Assembly (NCBI GenBank): GCA_964490075.1
Contig: CAZBBK010000051.1
Coordinates: 1-41,996, forward strand
DNA from: an uncultured Gemmatimonadota bacterium
Lineage (GTDB): Bacteria; GCA-2686955
Reading direction: 5' to 3'
Length of the DNA stretch: 41,996 bases
Every line of letters begins with the position of its first letter. Positions within the stretch are counted from its first letter, which is position 1. The translations under genes were made by a program, and so were the position numbers. The notes below the pieces were generated by a model. That model made no database searches. It saw nothing but the letters and a program-made list of their open reading frames with translations, and was not told where the DNA came from. Below are positions 10,784 through 21,008 of the stretch, one piece after another.

Positions 10784-11781
10784 TGCCCACTCCCGAGCAC
10801 CGGCACAGCGACCTGGACGAGATCGCGCATCTCTATTTCTCCGATGAGGGATGCGAGGGTCCAGGCGCCGGAGGGCCGGTGGTTTGTGTCTCGTCCTGGC
10901 GTCGGGCGCGTCTGAGCTTCGACGATCTGGCGGCGACACTCTCTTCCTGGGGCGTGCCGGCGACGGTCCTCGGACATTCGCCGGAGGGGGAAGGGCCGGC
11001 CGTCCAGGAAGGCGGCGTGGTGCTCTGGCCGGTGCCGGTCGAGACCTTGCGCCAGTGGCCCGGTGCGCCGATCGGTTACTTCGTCGCCATCTCGTGCGCC
11101 GACCGGGAAGCCCTGGTGGCGGGCTACGAGCTGGCCCGCAGCGTCGCCGAGCAGGCCCCGACCGGGATCTGGCTGTGGGCCGCCAACCGGCGCCGGCTGA
11201 ATCGCGCGCTGGAAGGAATCCGGGCGCTCTGGAACGAGCACGGAGCCGCCGGGCTGCCCTCGCTCTCTGGCGCCTGCGCCCTGGTGCACGAGTCGTCGGC
11301 GAAGTCGATTCTGAGGGTCTGCGGCCTGTCCGACGTGGTGCCTCCGGCGCGTTCCATGCCCCCACGCGATCCGCGACCGGCGCCGCCCACCGGTGCGGCG
11401 GTCTCGGTGATCCATGTCGACCCGGACGTGGCGGGAGTGGTGACGCTGCTGCACGCCAACACTCCGGGCACGACCTTGTGCCGCTTCGTTCGCGAGCTGC
11501 GCGCAGACGCACGCATCGAGGCGGAGGGCCGCGACCGCAGCATCCACATCGCCGGGCTGCCGACCGCGGCCCTGATCACCACCGACCGTCTGACGACCCT
11601 GCACATCGGCGATCAGGCGATGCTACTGACCGCCACCACCCTTCCGGATGCCTGCCGCTGGCTGGCGCGCCTGGCCGCGGGAAGCGCCCGCCCCGCGCAA
11701 CCGCGCCCGCTCTGGAACCCCCTGCCGGGAGCGGAGCTGGCGGCGGTGGCGGCGCTTGCGCGAGATCTGGCGGCGCCCTGA
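10783..11781 (+). CDS. Hypothetical protein, translationally coupled to the ParA-CBM gene; possible degenerate MinD/FlhG-like fold
   Basis: The GTG start overlaps the upstream TAG (TAGTG) and the ORF fills the gap to the convergent gene. Segment YFVAISCADREALVAGYELARSV...IWLWAAN. No Walker A. Confidence 0.6.
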   Translation: MPTPEHRHSDLDEIAHLYFSDEGCEGPGAGGPVVCVSSWRRARLSFDDLAATLSSWGVPATVLGHSPEGEGPAVQEGGVVLWPVPVETLRQWPGAPIGYFVAISCADREALVAGYELARSVAEQAPTGIWLWAANRRRLNRALEGIRALWNEHGAAGLPSLSGACALVHESSAKSILRVCGLSDVVPPARSMPPRDPRPAPPTGAAVSVIHVDPDVAGVVTLLHANTPGTTLCRFVRELRADARIEAEGRDRSIHIAGLPTAALITTDRLTTLHIGDQAMLLTATTLPDACRWLARLAAGSARPAQPRPLWNPLPGAELAAVAALARDLAAP

Positions 11782-11788
11782 GTAGTTC

Positions 11789-12166
11789 TCATGGCCCGGC
11801 GCCGGTGCGCCGCCGGTGCCAGACCGAGTAGTAGCGATAGCGCCCCGGCATGTGGCTGGCGACCGAGGCCAAGACCATGGCCGACGCCAGGAGGGGGATG
11901 CGCACAGCCGACCAGTGCGCGGCCAGGGCGATCAAGAGGCTCTTCAGGAGCGTCGCCACCCCGCGCAGCTCGACGATCCACACCGGTGCCCGACCGATGT
12001 TGACGGCGGCCAGCGCCGCGCCGCTGGCGGCGGCCCAGAAGAGCGCCCGGCCGAGCTCTTCGGCCCCGAACCAGACCCCTCCGGCGTACACCGAGAAGGC
12101 GCAGATATGAGCGGTGCGCAGAGCAATGCGCAGCCAGCGTTCGACTTGAGAGGGAGGTGCGGTCAT
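11789..12166 (-). CDS. Small hypothetical integral membrane protein (~4 TM)
   Basis: Hydrophobic helices, LRTAH and SHMPGRYRYYS motifs, fits between its neighbours. Confidence 0.75.
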   Translation of the reverse strand: MTAPPSQVERWLRIALRTAHICAFSVYAGGVWFGAEELGRALFWAAASGAALAAVNIGRAPVWIVELRGVATLLKSLLIALAAHWSAVRIPLLASAMVLASVASHMPGRYRYYSVWHRRRTGAGP

Positions 12167-12309
12167 GACCGGGCCGAATCATAGGCGAGCGCGCAGCGCC
12201 GGCACGCTAGTATCGGTGCGGTCGTCAGGGTCCCGCCGACTCTGCCGGGACTTCGGTCCGGCGGTGGCGCGGACCGCGGCAGACTCCGAGTCCCCAGAAC
12301 GAGGCAGAG

Positions 12310-13701
12310 TTGAACCAGCGCGAGCTCGCCGAGGAGCCATTCGAGCCCGGGGTCCTGCTCCGCCTCTCCGCGCCTCTGGTGGTCTCGTTCTGGATGCGCT
12401 CGGCGTTCACTTTCGTCGACACCATCTACGCCGCGACCCTGGGCGACGAGGCGATCGCCGCGATCGGCCTCTCGGTGCCGCTCGAGTTCCTCTTCATCGC
12501 CGTCTGGGTCGGGCTCTCCAACGGTTTGACCGCCACCCTCGGCGAGGCTTTCGGCGCTCGCGACGACAACCGCATCGCGCAGCTGCTGCGAGCGGCGCGC
12601 GGCATGGCCCTGTCCGCCATGCCGGTCTTCGTGGCGCTGGGGATCGCCATCTGGTTCGCGGCGCCGCGGATGGGGCTCGATCCCGGCGTGGCGCGTGCCT
12701 TCGCCGTCTACACGGCGGTGTTGATCACCGGCACCGGCCTCACCGGTTTCTGGTCGGTGATCCCCGACTCGCTGGTCAAGGCCCACTACGACACCCGCGC
12801 CACGATGATCGCCGGGATTCTGTCCAACGTCGTCAACCTGGTGCTGAACACGGTCTTTCTCTTCGTGTTCCACTGGGGGGTGTTCGGAATCGCCTTCTCC
12901 ACCGTGCTGGGACGCCTAGGTGGACTGGGCTACGCCCTGCGCCGCGCCTCGGTGCTGGAGCGGCGGCGTGACGTCGAGTGGAGGTCGGACACGGTCGCGC
13001 CGCCGCCAAGGGTCCCGGGGCCTGCCGAGAGCGCCCGCCGCGGCCCGAGCCGAGCGATCCTGGCACTGGCGGCTCCCTCCGCGCTCTCGTTTGGACTGAT
13101 GGCCTGTGAATCGGGAATCGTCAACCGCATTCTGGCCGGTTTCGATCAGGCCACCGCGGGAATCGCCGCCTACTCGATCTACCATCGAGTGGCCCTCTTC
13201 GCGGGGATGCCGATGATCGCGATCTCGGTGGCGGCGCTGCCCTACTTCGCGCGCGCCTTCGGGCGCAGCGATCTGCGCGCCATTCGCCGTGGTTTCGCCG
13301 AGGCGGTCGGGGTGTCGGCGCTCTATGTGCTCGCGCTCGTGGCACCGCTCAGCTGGCTGAGCGCCTCATGGATCTCCCGAGCTCTGGCCGACTCGCCTCA
13401 CACCATCGCGTTCGCGACTTTTGCCTTGAAGACAGTGCCGCTGGCCGGCCTGGCGACGCTGCCCTTCGTGCTCTGTCGCCCGGTCTTCGACGCCATGCAG
13501 CGCGGGGCCCCCAGCGCGATCATGGCGGTGGCCCGCTTCGCGGTGCTCACCTTTCCCTGCGCGCTGGCCGGCGCCCACGTGGCTGCGGCCCTGGGAAGGC
13601 CGGCGTTCGAGGGATTGATCGGCGGCTTGATCGTTGCCGGATTGACGGCATCGGGCGCCTTTCTGGTGTGGACGTCGACCGTCTTGCGGCGAGGGCGATA
13701 G
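12310..13701 (+). CDS. MATE family efflux transporter
   Basis: LLRLSAPLVVS, FVDTIYAATLGDEAIAAIGL, NVVNLVLNTVFLFVFHWGVFGIAFST, about 12 TM. TTG start with GAGG upstream. Confidence 0.9.
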   Translation: MNQRELAEEPFEPGVLLRLSAPLVVSFWMRSAFTFVDTIYAATLGDEAIAAIGLSVPLEFLFIAVWVGLSNGLTATLGEAFGARDDNRIAQLLRAARGMALSAMPVFVALGIAIWFAAPRMGLDPGVARAFAVYTAVLITGTGLTGFWSVIPDSLVKAHYDTRATMIAGILSNVVNLVLNTVFLFVFHWGVFGIAFSTVLGRLGGLGYALRRASVLERRRDVEWRSDTVAPPPRVPGPAESARRGPSRAILALAAPSALSFGLMACESGIVNRILAGFDQATAGIAAYSIYHRVALFAGMPMIAISVAALPYFARAFGRSDLRAIRRGFAEAVGVSALYVLALVAPLSWLSASWISRALADSPHTIAFATFALKTVPLAGLATLPFVLCRPVFDAMQRGAPSAIMAVARFAVLTFPCALAGAHVAAALGRPAFEGLIGGLIVAGLTASGAFLVWTSTVLRRGR

Positions 13702-13857
13702 AGCTTCCCCCGATCTCGGTGACCTCGTCGAAACGGACCGCCCGGGAGCCGGCGCGCTCCCCTCGGTGGTAGACTCGATGCAAGCGCGTCGCCTGAGCGG
13801 GACGGTCGTGGCGCGCACGCGCGATTGGAAAAGGCGGACCAAGTGCCGGACACGATC

Positions 13858-14412
13858 ATGGGGTTCTTGCGCACCAGCGTGCTCTGCTTGCTCGCCCTGT
13901 GCACTGCCGTCGCGGGCCCCACGTCGGCTGTCTCGGTCGCCGCCGTTCCGCCCACGGAAACCGAGATTCGGGGTGCCTTTCTGCTCAACTTCGCGGGCTT
14001 CGTGACCTGGCCCGAGGAGGGCGTCGGCGGGTCCGATGCGGAGACCGTCATCGGTGTGCTCGGCGACGAAGAGCTGCACGGGGTTCTGGCCTACGCGATC
14101 GAAGCGAGGCGACCAAGATCCAGCGGCATCAGCCTGGCCCTCATCGACTCCCTCGAGCAGGTGAAATCCTGCCACATCCTCTATGTCGGTGACGCGACCT
14201 CGATCTCCGCGCGCGAAGTGCTCTCGGTGGTGGGCGACCACCCGGTTCTCACGGTCAGCATGCGCCGCGGCTTCGCCGACCAGGGCGGGATCATCGGCCT
14301 GTTCTCGGAGCAGGGCCGCATGCGTTTCGACATCAACCGGCGCAGCGAGCGCCGCGCTCGACTCCAGATCAGCTCACGACTTCTCAGACTGGCCCGAAAG
14401 ATCCTGGAATGA
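13858..14412 (+). CDS. YfiR/HmsC family (DUF4154) periplasmic protein
   Basis: Signal peptide. EIRGAFLLNFAGFVTWP, CHILYV, PVLTVS...FADQGGIIGL, RFDIN...ARLQISSRLLRLA. Confidence 0.9.
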   Translation: MGFLRTSVLCLLALCTAVAGPTSAVSVAAVPPTETEIRGAFLLNFAGFVTWPEEGVGGSDAETVIGVLGDEELHGVLAYAIEARRPRSSGISLALIDSLEQVKSCHILYVGDATSISAREVLSVVGDHPVLTVSMRRGFADQGGIIGLFSEQGRMRFDINRRSERRARLQISSRLLRLARKILE

Positions 14413-14481
14413 TGGGGAACTAGCAACTGGGGGGCGCCGCCGAATCCGACCGGCCCAGCGCCCGAGCTCGGAGGAACGACG

Positions 14482-16455
14482 ATGATGCGACCAACTTGTC
14501 TCGGCCTGGCGTTTCTGATTGCGCCCCTGGCCGTCGGCTCCACGGCGCGTGCCGCCGCCCCCCGCCAGGACGTCTTCGATCTGTCGATCGAAGAGCTGGT
14601 CGAGATCGTCTACACCTCGTCGCGGCGCCCGCAGCAGGCCAGCCAGGCCGCGGCCAAGGTCTACGTGATCTCGGAGCAGACGATTCGCTCGAGCGGCGCC
14701 CAGAGCCTGGACCAGATTCTGCGGCGCGTGCCGGGGCTGCAGGTCCGCACCTGGCTGTGGGGATTCACCAATACCTCGATCCGAGGTCTGCTCGGCGGTT
14801 CGCCGATCAACGAGCGCCTGCTCTGGTTGGTGGACGGCGTGCCGATCAACGACGTGCGCGACGGCGGCATCTGGACCGACCTGACGGTCTTCCCCTTGCA
14901 GCTGGTCTCGCGCATCGAGGTGATGCCGGGGCCGCAATCCTCCATGTACGGCAGCAACGCCTTTCAGGGAGTGATCAACATCATCACCAAGGAGCCCGGC
15001 GCGGTGCGCTCCGGTGGCGAGTACAGTCTGAGCTTCGGTCGCGACAATACCACGCTGAACAGCGCCGCCGTGCCCAGCTACAGCGGTCCCTTCGAGTCGC
15101 TCTTGAGCGTGAACTACAGCGCCACCGATGAGCACCGCCTGGTCTCCGACCACTCGGGCAAGCAAGTATGGTGGGTGCGAGGTCGCAGCGACCTGGGACA
15201 GACCCGCTTCAACTATGGTGGTCGCTCGGCCCACCTCAAGTACCCCTCCATCTTCTCCAGTCCTTACCAGCGCTATGCGGAGCACCGCGACGAGATCTAC
15301 TTCAACGTCCGCCACGAGCAAGCCCTGGGAGAGCGGGCGCAGCTGCATCTGCAGCCTAGTCTCCACCACTGGCACGACCAGTTCTGGAACTTCGGCGACG
15401 TGCCGGGTCTGCAGTACGCCCAGGATTCTTTCCGGCTCAGCGCCCTGGTGCAGTTCCACGCGCGATTGAGAGCAAGCGACCGCTTGACCTTGGGCGCGGT
15501 GCTGCACCGCGAGCAGTACCAGGGCGACGATTTCCAGCCCGGTAGACAAGATCTGCGAGTCACCAAGAAGGAGCTCTACGGAGAGTACGAAGCGGCACTG
15601 GGAGACAGGGTGCGAGTGCTCCTCGGCGCCAACGTCAACGACTCGGGTCGCTTCGCCAACGACGAAAACGTCGCCTTCCTGCATCCCAGGCTCTCTCTGC
15701 TGCTGCGTCTAACCGACACCCTGGGCCTGCGCGGCGTTTACGCCACCGGCTATCGTCCCCCCTCCTGGTGGCATCTGTTCATCAACACCGTAGATGCCGA
15801 GGGCAATCCCGAGCTGCGCGCGGAGGAGCTGCGCGGTGGGGAGTTGGGGTTGGACTACGAGCTGCCCGCCGGCAGGGCCAGCGCCTACTTCTTCTTGCAG
15901 CGCGTCAGCGACGGAATTCTCGAGGTTTACGATCCTACCTTGGCCGATCCGGAGTATCTGCAGTACGGCATCTTCGGCAAGTTCCGGCCGATTCAGGCCG
16001 CCGGGGAGTTCAAGATCAGCGGCCTGGATCTACAAGCGGAATCCGAGGTGTTGGGTGATCGCTGCTTGCTCGGCGGCGCCTACTCCTACCTGCGCTCCCG
16101 GCAGCCCGATGGGCGGCAGACCCCCTACGACGCGGAGCACAAACTACAATTTTCGACTCTGTTTCGGCCGACCGAGCGCTTGAGCATGAGCTACGGGGTG
16201 CACTTCGTCGGGGAGACCGTCGATGCCGAGCTGGAGTATGCCCCGATCGATCCGGAAGACCCCGACGCCGGTCTGATCGGGCGCCGTCCGGTCGACTCCT
16301 ACCTGATCCACGAGCTCAGTCTGGGCTACAGCTTCGCCGGCGGTCTGGGACTCAGACTCTCGGTATGGGATCTGGGGCAGGAGAGCTATGAGCAGTACCT
16401 GGGCTCGGAGCAGCACGGAAATCTGTGGCTCGCGACGCTGAGCTACGCCCGTTGA
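14482..16455 (+). CDS. TonB-dependent receptor (plug plus beta-barrel)
   Basis: Signal peptide, [10 protein letters not shown], plug motifs [15 protein letters not shown] and [27 protein letters not shown], barrel motif GNPELRAE. Confidence 0.93.
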   Translation: MMRPTCLGLAFLIAPLAVGSTARAAAPRQDVFDLSIEELVEIVYTSSRRPQQASQAAAKVYVISEQTIRSSGAQSLDQILRRVPGLQVRTWLWGFTNTSIRGLLGGSPINERLLWLVDGVPINDVRDGGIWTDLTVFPLQLVSRIEVMPGPQSSMYGSNAFQGVINIITKEPGAVRSGGEYSLSFGRDNTTLNSAAVPSYSGPFESLLSVNYSATDEHRLVSDHSGKQVWWVRGRSDLGQTRFNYGGRSAHLKYPSIFSSPYQRYAEHRDEIYFNVRHEQALGERAQLHLQPSLHHWHDQFWNFGDVPGLQYAQDSFRLSALVQFHARLRASDRLTLGAVLHREQYQGDDFQPGRQDLRVTKKELYGEYEAALGDRVRVLLGANVNDSGRFANDENVAFLHPRLSLLLRLTDTLGLRGVYATGYRPPSWWHLFINTVDAEGNPELRAEELRGGELGLDYELPAGRASAYFFLQRVSDGILEVYDPTLADPEYLQYGIFGKFRPIQAAGEFKISGLDLQAESEVLGDRCLLGGAYSYLRSRQPDGRQTPYDAEHKLQFSTLFRPTERLSMSYGVHFVGETVDAELEYAPIDPEDPDAGLIGRRPVDSYLIHELSLGYSFAGGLGLRLSVWDLGQESYEQYLGSEQHGNLWLATLSYAR

Positions 16456-16520
16456 CCATGGAGTTGCATCGATCCGAAAGCGCCTGGCGGGAGGGTGGCG
16501 AAATTCGCCATCGACGCCTG

Positions 16521-18872
16521 ATGCCGCGCGTCTTTCTGGACATGTCGATCCGCCACAAGCTGCACTGGATCGTCATTCTCATTTGCGTGTTGATTCTGGT
16601 GCCGGTGTTGACCGCGATGATGGTCTTCGATCACGTGGCCACCACCCGCACGATCGGCAACAATTTCCAGATCTCGGCCCGGGTCACGGGCAGCCATGTG
16701 GCCTCTCCTCTGCTCTTCGACGATCCTCTCGCCGCGCAGGAATCGCTGCACAGCCTGCAACAGGACGAGCGCATTCTCGGCGCGTCGGTGCGCAGCGCCA
16801 CCGGAGAGCTCTTCGCGAGCCTGGCCACCGGCCGCGAGATCACCGCGCCGAGCGGCTTCGACCGCCAGCCGGGGGTTCACATCGAGGGCAACTTCGCGCA
16901 CATCGTGGAGTCGATCACCCACGACGGCGCCGAGCTGGGCACGATCTATCTGCAGGTCGATCTGGCGGAGCGCCGCGCGCGAATCATCGGCGCGCTGACC
17001 GTTCTCGCGCTGCTGGGATTCGTGGCTCTGGTGCTGGCGCTGCTGGTCTTTTCCGGCATGCAGGGCGCGCTGCTGATTCCACTGGAGTCGCTGGCGGGAG
17101 CGGCCCGCCAGGTCTCCGAGGATCAGGATTTCGGCCGTCGCGTGCCCAAGCTCTGCGACGATGAGACCGGCGAGCTGGTCGATGCCTTCAACGAGATGCT
17201 GGCGCAGATCGAGCTCCGCACCGTGGCCAAGGAGAAGGCCGACGCGGCGAACCGCGCCAAGAGCGAATTCCTGGCCAACATGAGCCATGAGATCCGCACC
17301 CCGATGAACGGGGTCATGGGGATGGTGACACTGTTACGCGACACCGAGCTGGACGACGAGCAACGCGAGTTCGTCGACAGCATCTCCAGCTCCGCCGATT
17401 CGTTGCTGGTGATTCTCAACGACATTCTCGACATGTCGCGCATCGAGGCCAGCGAGGTGGTCCTCGATCCGCGGCCTTTCGATTTGTGGCGCTTGATCGA
17501 AGACGTCGCGGAGCTGCTCTCCGGACGCGCGCTGGAGCGCGGCATCTCGCTCGACCTCGACCTGCCCCTGGAGCTGCCGCGGCGAGTGGTGGGAGATGCC
17601 GGTCGTCTGCGACAGGTCTTGACCAACATCGTCGGCAACGCGGTGAAGTTCACCGAAACGGGATCGGTGCAGGTGCGCGCCGCCGCGGAGCCCTCCGGGG
17701 AGGAGCGAGTGGCCCTGAGCATCGCCGTCAGCGACACCGGAATCGGTGTCAGAGAAGACCAGATCGACAAGCTCTTCGAGCGCTTCTCACAGGCCGACAG
17801 TTCCTACTCGCGACGCTTCGGTGGCACCGGCCTGGGACTGGCCATCAGCTGGCATCTGGTCGAGCTGATGGGCGGCACGATCGAGGTGCGCAGCATCCTG
17901 GGAGAGGGCTCCACCTTCACGGTGCGCTTGACCCTGCCGGTCGCCGAATCGCAGCCCTCGATGGAGCGCCTGCCCGAACCCCTGCGAGGGGAGCGGGTCC
18001 TGCTCCTGGAGAAGGACTCGGTGCGGCGCGAGATCGTGGCGCGCGACCTGGGGGCGCTCGGCCTCTCGGTGGCGAGCTGCGACGAGGTGGTGGCGGCTTG
18101 CCGGGCGCTCAGCTCCGAAGGGGGCGGATTCCGCTTGATCATCGCCGGCCGCAGCGCGAGCCCCGATGCCGCACGCAAGCTGGGAGGGGCGGTTCGCGCG
18201 GCCGCCCGGGACTCCGGTCTCACGCCCCTGTGGCTCGGTCTCGGCGACGGCTCTTTGCCGCGCGCGGTGACCGGCAATGACAACCTTCCGGTGATCCGCG
18301 TGCCATTGCGACGCAGCCAGGTGATTCGGGCTCTGAAGGCCGCCGGGATGCCGGAGCCGGCGGCGCCGGCGCGGCTCCCGGGATCGGCGGCCGGCAGGCC
18401 GCGCCCGGGAAGCGGCCCGCGAGTCCTGCTGGTCGAGGACAACGAGGTGAACCAGCAGGTCGGCACCCGCTTTCTCGATCTCTTGGGCTGTCGCGTGGAG
18501 GTGGCCGGCAACGGCCGCCAGGCCCTGGAGCTCTACCGGGCCTCGCGCCACGAGCTGGTGCTGATGGACTGTCACATGCCCGAGATGGACGGCTTCGAAG
18601 CGACCGTAGCGATTCGCGCGCTGGAGGGCGATCGGAGCCGGGTGCCGGTGGTCGCCCTGACGGCCAGCGTGCTGCCTGAAGACCAGCGCGCCTGCGAGCG
18701 TGCCGGAATGGACGATTTCCTCGCCAAGCCTCTCAGCCAGAGGGACCTGGCGGCGGCGCTCAAGAAGTGGTGCGGCTGGCCCCCCGATGTGGCCACGACC
18801 CCCCGAGGGGCAGTCGACCCAGCGGATGATGCAGCGCCCCGGCCGGGCGCAGCTCGCTCTCGAAAAGAGTGA
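16521..18872 (+). CDS. Hybrid sensor histidine kinase/response regulator (periplasmic CHASE8-like sensor, HAMP, HisKA, HATPase, pseudo-REC, REC)
   Basis: Two TM helices, [57 protein letters not shown]-terminal [13 protein letters not shown]...[12 protein letters not shown]...FLAKP. Confidence 0.95.
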   Translation: MPRVFLDMSIRHKLHWIVILICVLILVPVLTAMMVFDHVATTRTIGNNFQISARVTGSHVASPLLFDDPLAAQESLHSLQQDERILGASVRSATGELFASLATGREITAPSGFDRQPGVHIEGNFAHIVESITHDGAELGTIYLQVDLAERRARIIGALTVLALLGFVALVLALLVFSGMQGALLIPLESLAGAARQVSEDQDFGRRVPKLCDDETGELVDAFNEMLAQIELRTVAKEKADAANRAKSEFLANMSHEIRTPMNGVMGMVTLLRDTELDDEQREFVDSISSSADSLLVILNDILDMSRIEASEVVLDPRPFDLWRLIEDVAELLSGRALERGISLDLDLPLELPRRVVGDAGRLRQVLTNIVGNAVKFTETGSVQVRAAAEPSGEERVALSIAVSDTGIGVREDQIDKLFERFSQADSSYSRRFGGTGLGLAISWHLVELMGGTIEVRSILGEGSTFTVRLTLPVAESQPSMERLPEPLRGERVLLLEKDSVRREIVARDLGALGLSVASCDEVVAACRALSSEGGGFRLIIAGRSASPDAARKLGGAVRAAARDSGLTPLWLGLGDGSLPRAVTGNDNLPVIRVPLRRSQVIRALKAAGMPEPAAPARLPGSAAGRPRPGSGPRVLLVEDNEVNQQVGTRFLDLLGCRVEVAGNGRQALELYRASRHELVLMDCHMPEMDGFEATVAIRALEGDRSRVPVVALTASVLPEDQRACERAGMDDFLAKPLSQRDLAAALKKWCGWPPDVATTPRGAVDPADDAAPRPGAARSRKE

Positions 18873-19362
18873 GCTCTTCCACCGGCACCACGATCGGCTC
18901 GCTTGCGCGACTCTCGCCCGCCGCGCCCCCGGCTCCGCGTCCCCGGAATCTCCCCAGCGTCAGGTGAGCGTGGAAGCGCCTTCGCTCGCGCTCGAACCCG
19001 ACCCCTTCCAGCGCCCGCTCCACGATGCCGGCCAGGATCGAGAGGTCGGTGCCGCTGGTCGGATGCAGCGCCATTACCGACGGGCGCCGGCCCGGCGGAA
19101 AGGGCGCCAAACGCTCCCAGCGGGTGGCGAAGGGGGGGACCTCTTCGAGGGCGACACGCAACGCCGAGAGCAGCTCCGGCACCGTGCCCGGATCGATCTC
19201 ACCGAGAAAACGCATGGTGATATGCCAGGAGCGCGCCGCGACCCAGCGCACGCCCTCGCCTTCGCGCCGTGTCCGGTCGACCCACTCGGCGATCCGCCGG
19301 CGCGCCGCCGCGTCGAGCTCCACCGCGACGAAGGCGCGAATCGTGGCACGCCCCCCGATCAC
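18760..19362 (-). CDS. thpR: RNA 2',3'-cyclic phosphodiesterase (2H phosphoesterase, 2'-5' RNA ligase family)
   Basis: RAFVAV, two HxT motifs ([19 protein letters not shown]), [10 protein letters not shown]. Coupled to the PP2C gene. Confidence 0.9.
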   Translation of the reverse strand: MIGGRATIRAFVAVELDAAARRRIAEWVDRTRREGEGVRWVAARSWHITMRFLGEIDPGTVPELLSALRVALEEVPPFATRWERLAPFPPGRRPSVMALHPTSGTDLSILAGIVERALEGVGFERERRRFHAHLTLGRFRGRGAGGAAGESRASEPIVVPVEELTLFESELRPAGALHHPLGRLPLGGSWPHRGASRTTS

Positions 19363-20102
19363 AGCCCCGCGATGACCACCGTGACGTTGTCCTCGCCGCC
19401 GGCCTCCAGCGCCGCCTCCACCAGCGCGTCGCAGGCCGCGTCCACCTCGGTCTCACGCCCCAAGATGCTCTCGATCTCGGCGTCCGCGAGCATGCCGCTG
19501 AGGCCGTCGGTGCAGAGCAGCACACGCTCCCCCGACCGCAGCTCCAGCGGTTCGTCGTTGCGGGCGACCTCGGCGATCGGCGTGGCCCCCAGAGCCATGG
19601 TGATCACGTTGCGCTCGGGGTGGTGGCGTGCCTCCTCGCTGGTGATCAGTCCCGCGTCGACCATCTCCTGCACCTTGGAATGATCGCGCGTCATCAGCCT
19701 CAGGCCGGCTGCGTCGTGGAGGTAGAGGCGGCTGTCGCCGACATGGGCCCAGCGCAACCGAGCCCCATCCAGGTGGGCCGCCACGCAGGTGGTGCCCATG
19801 CCGAAGAGCGTGCCCGGGTCGGTCATGGCGCGCACCCGGATCACATCGTGAGCCGAGCGAAAGGCTCGATCGAGACGTGCGCCGAGCTTGTCCGCATCGG
19901 CCGCCGGCCCTTCGAAGGCCTTGGTGATCGTCTCGACGGCGAGGGCGCTGGCGATCTCTCCGCCCATATGGCCGCCCATGCCGTCGGCCACCACGCAGAG
20001 CGTGCGCGTGTCGTCCAGCTCGACGATCGCGAAGCAGTCCTGGTTTTCGGCCCGGACCTTCCCAGTCTCGGACCGGCCGTACACGACGAGATGCGATGAC
20101 AC
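19359..20102 (-). CDS. PP2C-type (Stp1/PrpC) Ser/Thr protein phosphatase
   Basis: GKVRAENQD, VVADGMGGHMGGEIAS, GMGTT, AHVGDSRLY, RDHS, LLCTDGL, GGEDNVTV. Confidence 0.95.
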   Translation of the reverse strand: MSSHLVVYGRSETGKVRAENQDCFAIVELDDTRTLCVVADGMGGHMGGEIASALAVETITKAFEGPAADADKLGARLDRAFRSAHDVIRVRAMTDPGTLFGMGTTCVAAHLDGARLRWAHVGDSRLYLHDAAGLRLMTRDHSKVQEMVDAGLITSEEARHHPERNVITMALGATPIAEVARNDEPLELRSGERVLLCTDGLSGMLADAEIESILGRETEVDAACDALVEAALEAGGEDNVTVVIAGL

Positions 20103-20158
20103 AGATGAGCTCCAGACCCGGGGAATGGAGGCAAGCCTAGCATCCGCGAGCGGCCGCG

Positions 20159-20911
20159 TCAGTCTTCGACGACCTCGATCTTGGCCTGGTCATCGGGCCC
20201 CATCCGCATCGACGCCCGGCGTGCCCCGCCGGCATCGAAGAGCTCCAGGGCCGCCCCGCCGGCGTCTCCCGAGCGCAGCAGGGCCCGCACCCGCGCCTGG
20301 GCGTCGCTCATGCGCAGATGGGCCCCGGCCCGCGATACCGCGAAGCCCAGCCGCTCGCGCCCCTGGTCATCGAAGAGGGTCGCGTTCGGCTCGCCCGCCA
20401 GCAATCCCAGGTGGACCCGCGGCCGGCCCGCCGGATCGCTGAGCGTGATCTCCGGACCGGCGCCGGTCGCCGCCACGCTCAAATCGTGTCGCTCCGGCAA
20501 CGCCCCCAGCGCCATTCCCACGCCGGCCCCCAAATCGCCGAAGCGTCCTCTGACCCGTCCTTCGGCGTCGATCGACTCCAGTCCGCGCTCGCTCAGGCGG
20601 GCGCGCGCCACACCCTCGGCGTCGTAGAGCGTAACGCCGGGAGTCGCGCCGTCGGCCCGCAGGTCGATTCGCGGCCGTCCGCGGTCATCGGTCACCACCA
20701 CCTGTCTAGCGTTCAGCGCCCCGCTGCCGGGCGTCAACCGCGACTCGGTCACCCCGGCGTTGGAGAGCGCCAAGTAGGCGATCAGGGGCCCCAGTCCGCC
20801 CGCCACCACGATGCCCAGCGCAACGACCGTGAACTGCTTCAGGCGCTTCAGCTCGAGCTCCATGTGGCGAAACCGTCGTTCGAGGTGCAGGAACTGCTCG
20901 GCGGACTGCAT
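20159..20911 (-). CDS. Hypothetical membrane-anchored protein with N-terminal coiled coil, TM helix and repeated (L/F)xDxxGxxRxxL beta units
   Basis: RBS GGAGG before the ATG at 20911. Repeated units VTDDRGRPRIDL, LYDAEGVARARL, IDAEGRVRGRF, LSDPAGRPRVHL, LFDDQGRERLGF, LFDAGGARRASM. Confidence 0.75.
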   Translation of the reverse strand: MQSAEQFLHLERRFRHMELELKRLKQFTVVALGIVVAGGLGPLIAYLALSNAGVTESRLTPGSGALNARQVVVTDDRGRPRIDLRADGATPGVTLYDAEGVARARLSERGLESIDAEGRVRGRFGDLGAGVGMALGALPERHDLSVAATGAGPEITLSDPAGRPRVHLGLLAGEPNATLFDDQGRERLGFAVSRAGAHLRMSDAQARVRALLRSGDAGGAALELFDAGGARRASMRMGPDDQAKIEVVED

Positions 20912-20932
20912 CGAAGCCTCCAAGGTGAGGGG

Positions 20933-20964
20933 TCGCCGGGATCGCCGGGATCGCCGGGATCGCC
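20933..20964. repeat. 9-bp tandem repeat (TCGCCGGGA)x3.5 in a divergent intergenic region
   Basis: tcgccggga tcgccggga tcgccggga tcgcc, read directly from the sequence. Confidence 0.85.
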
Positions 20965-21008
20965 AGAGTCGCGGAGATCCTACCGGGTTGCGGTAGTCTG
21001 GCGCCCTC

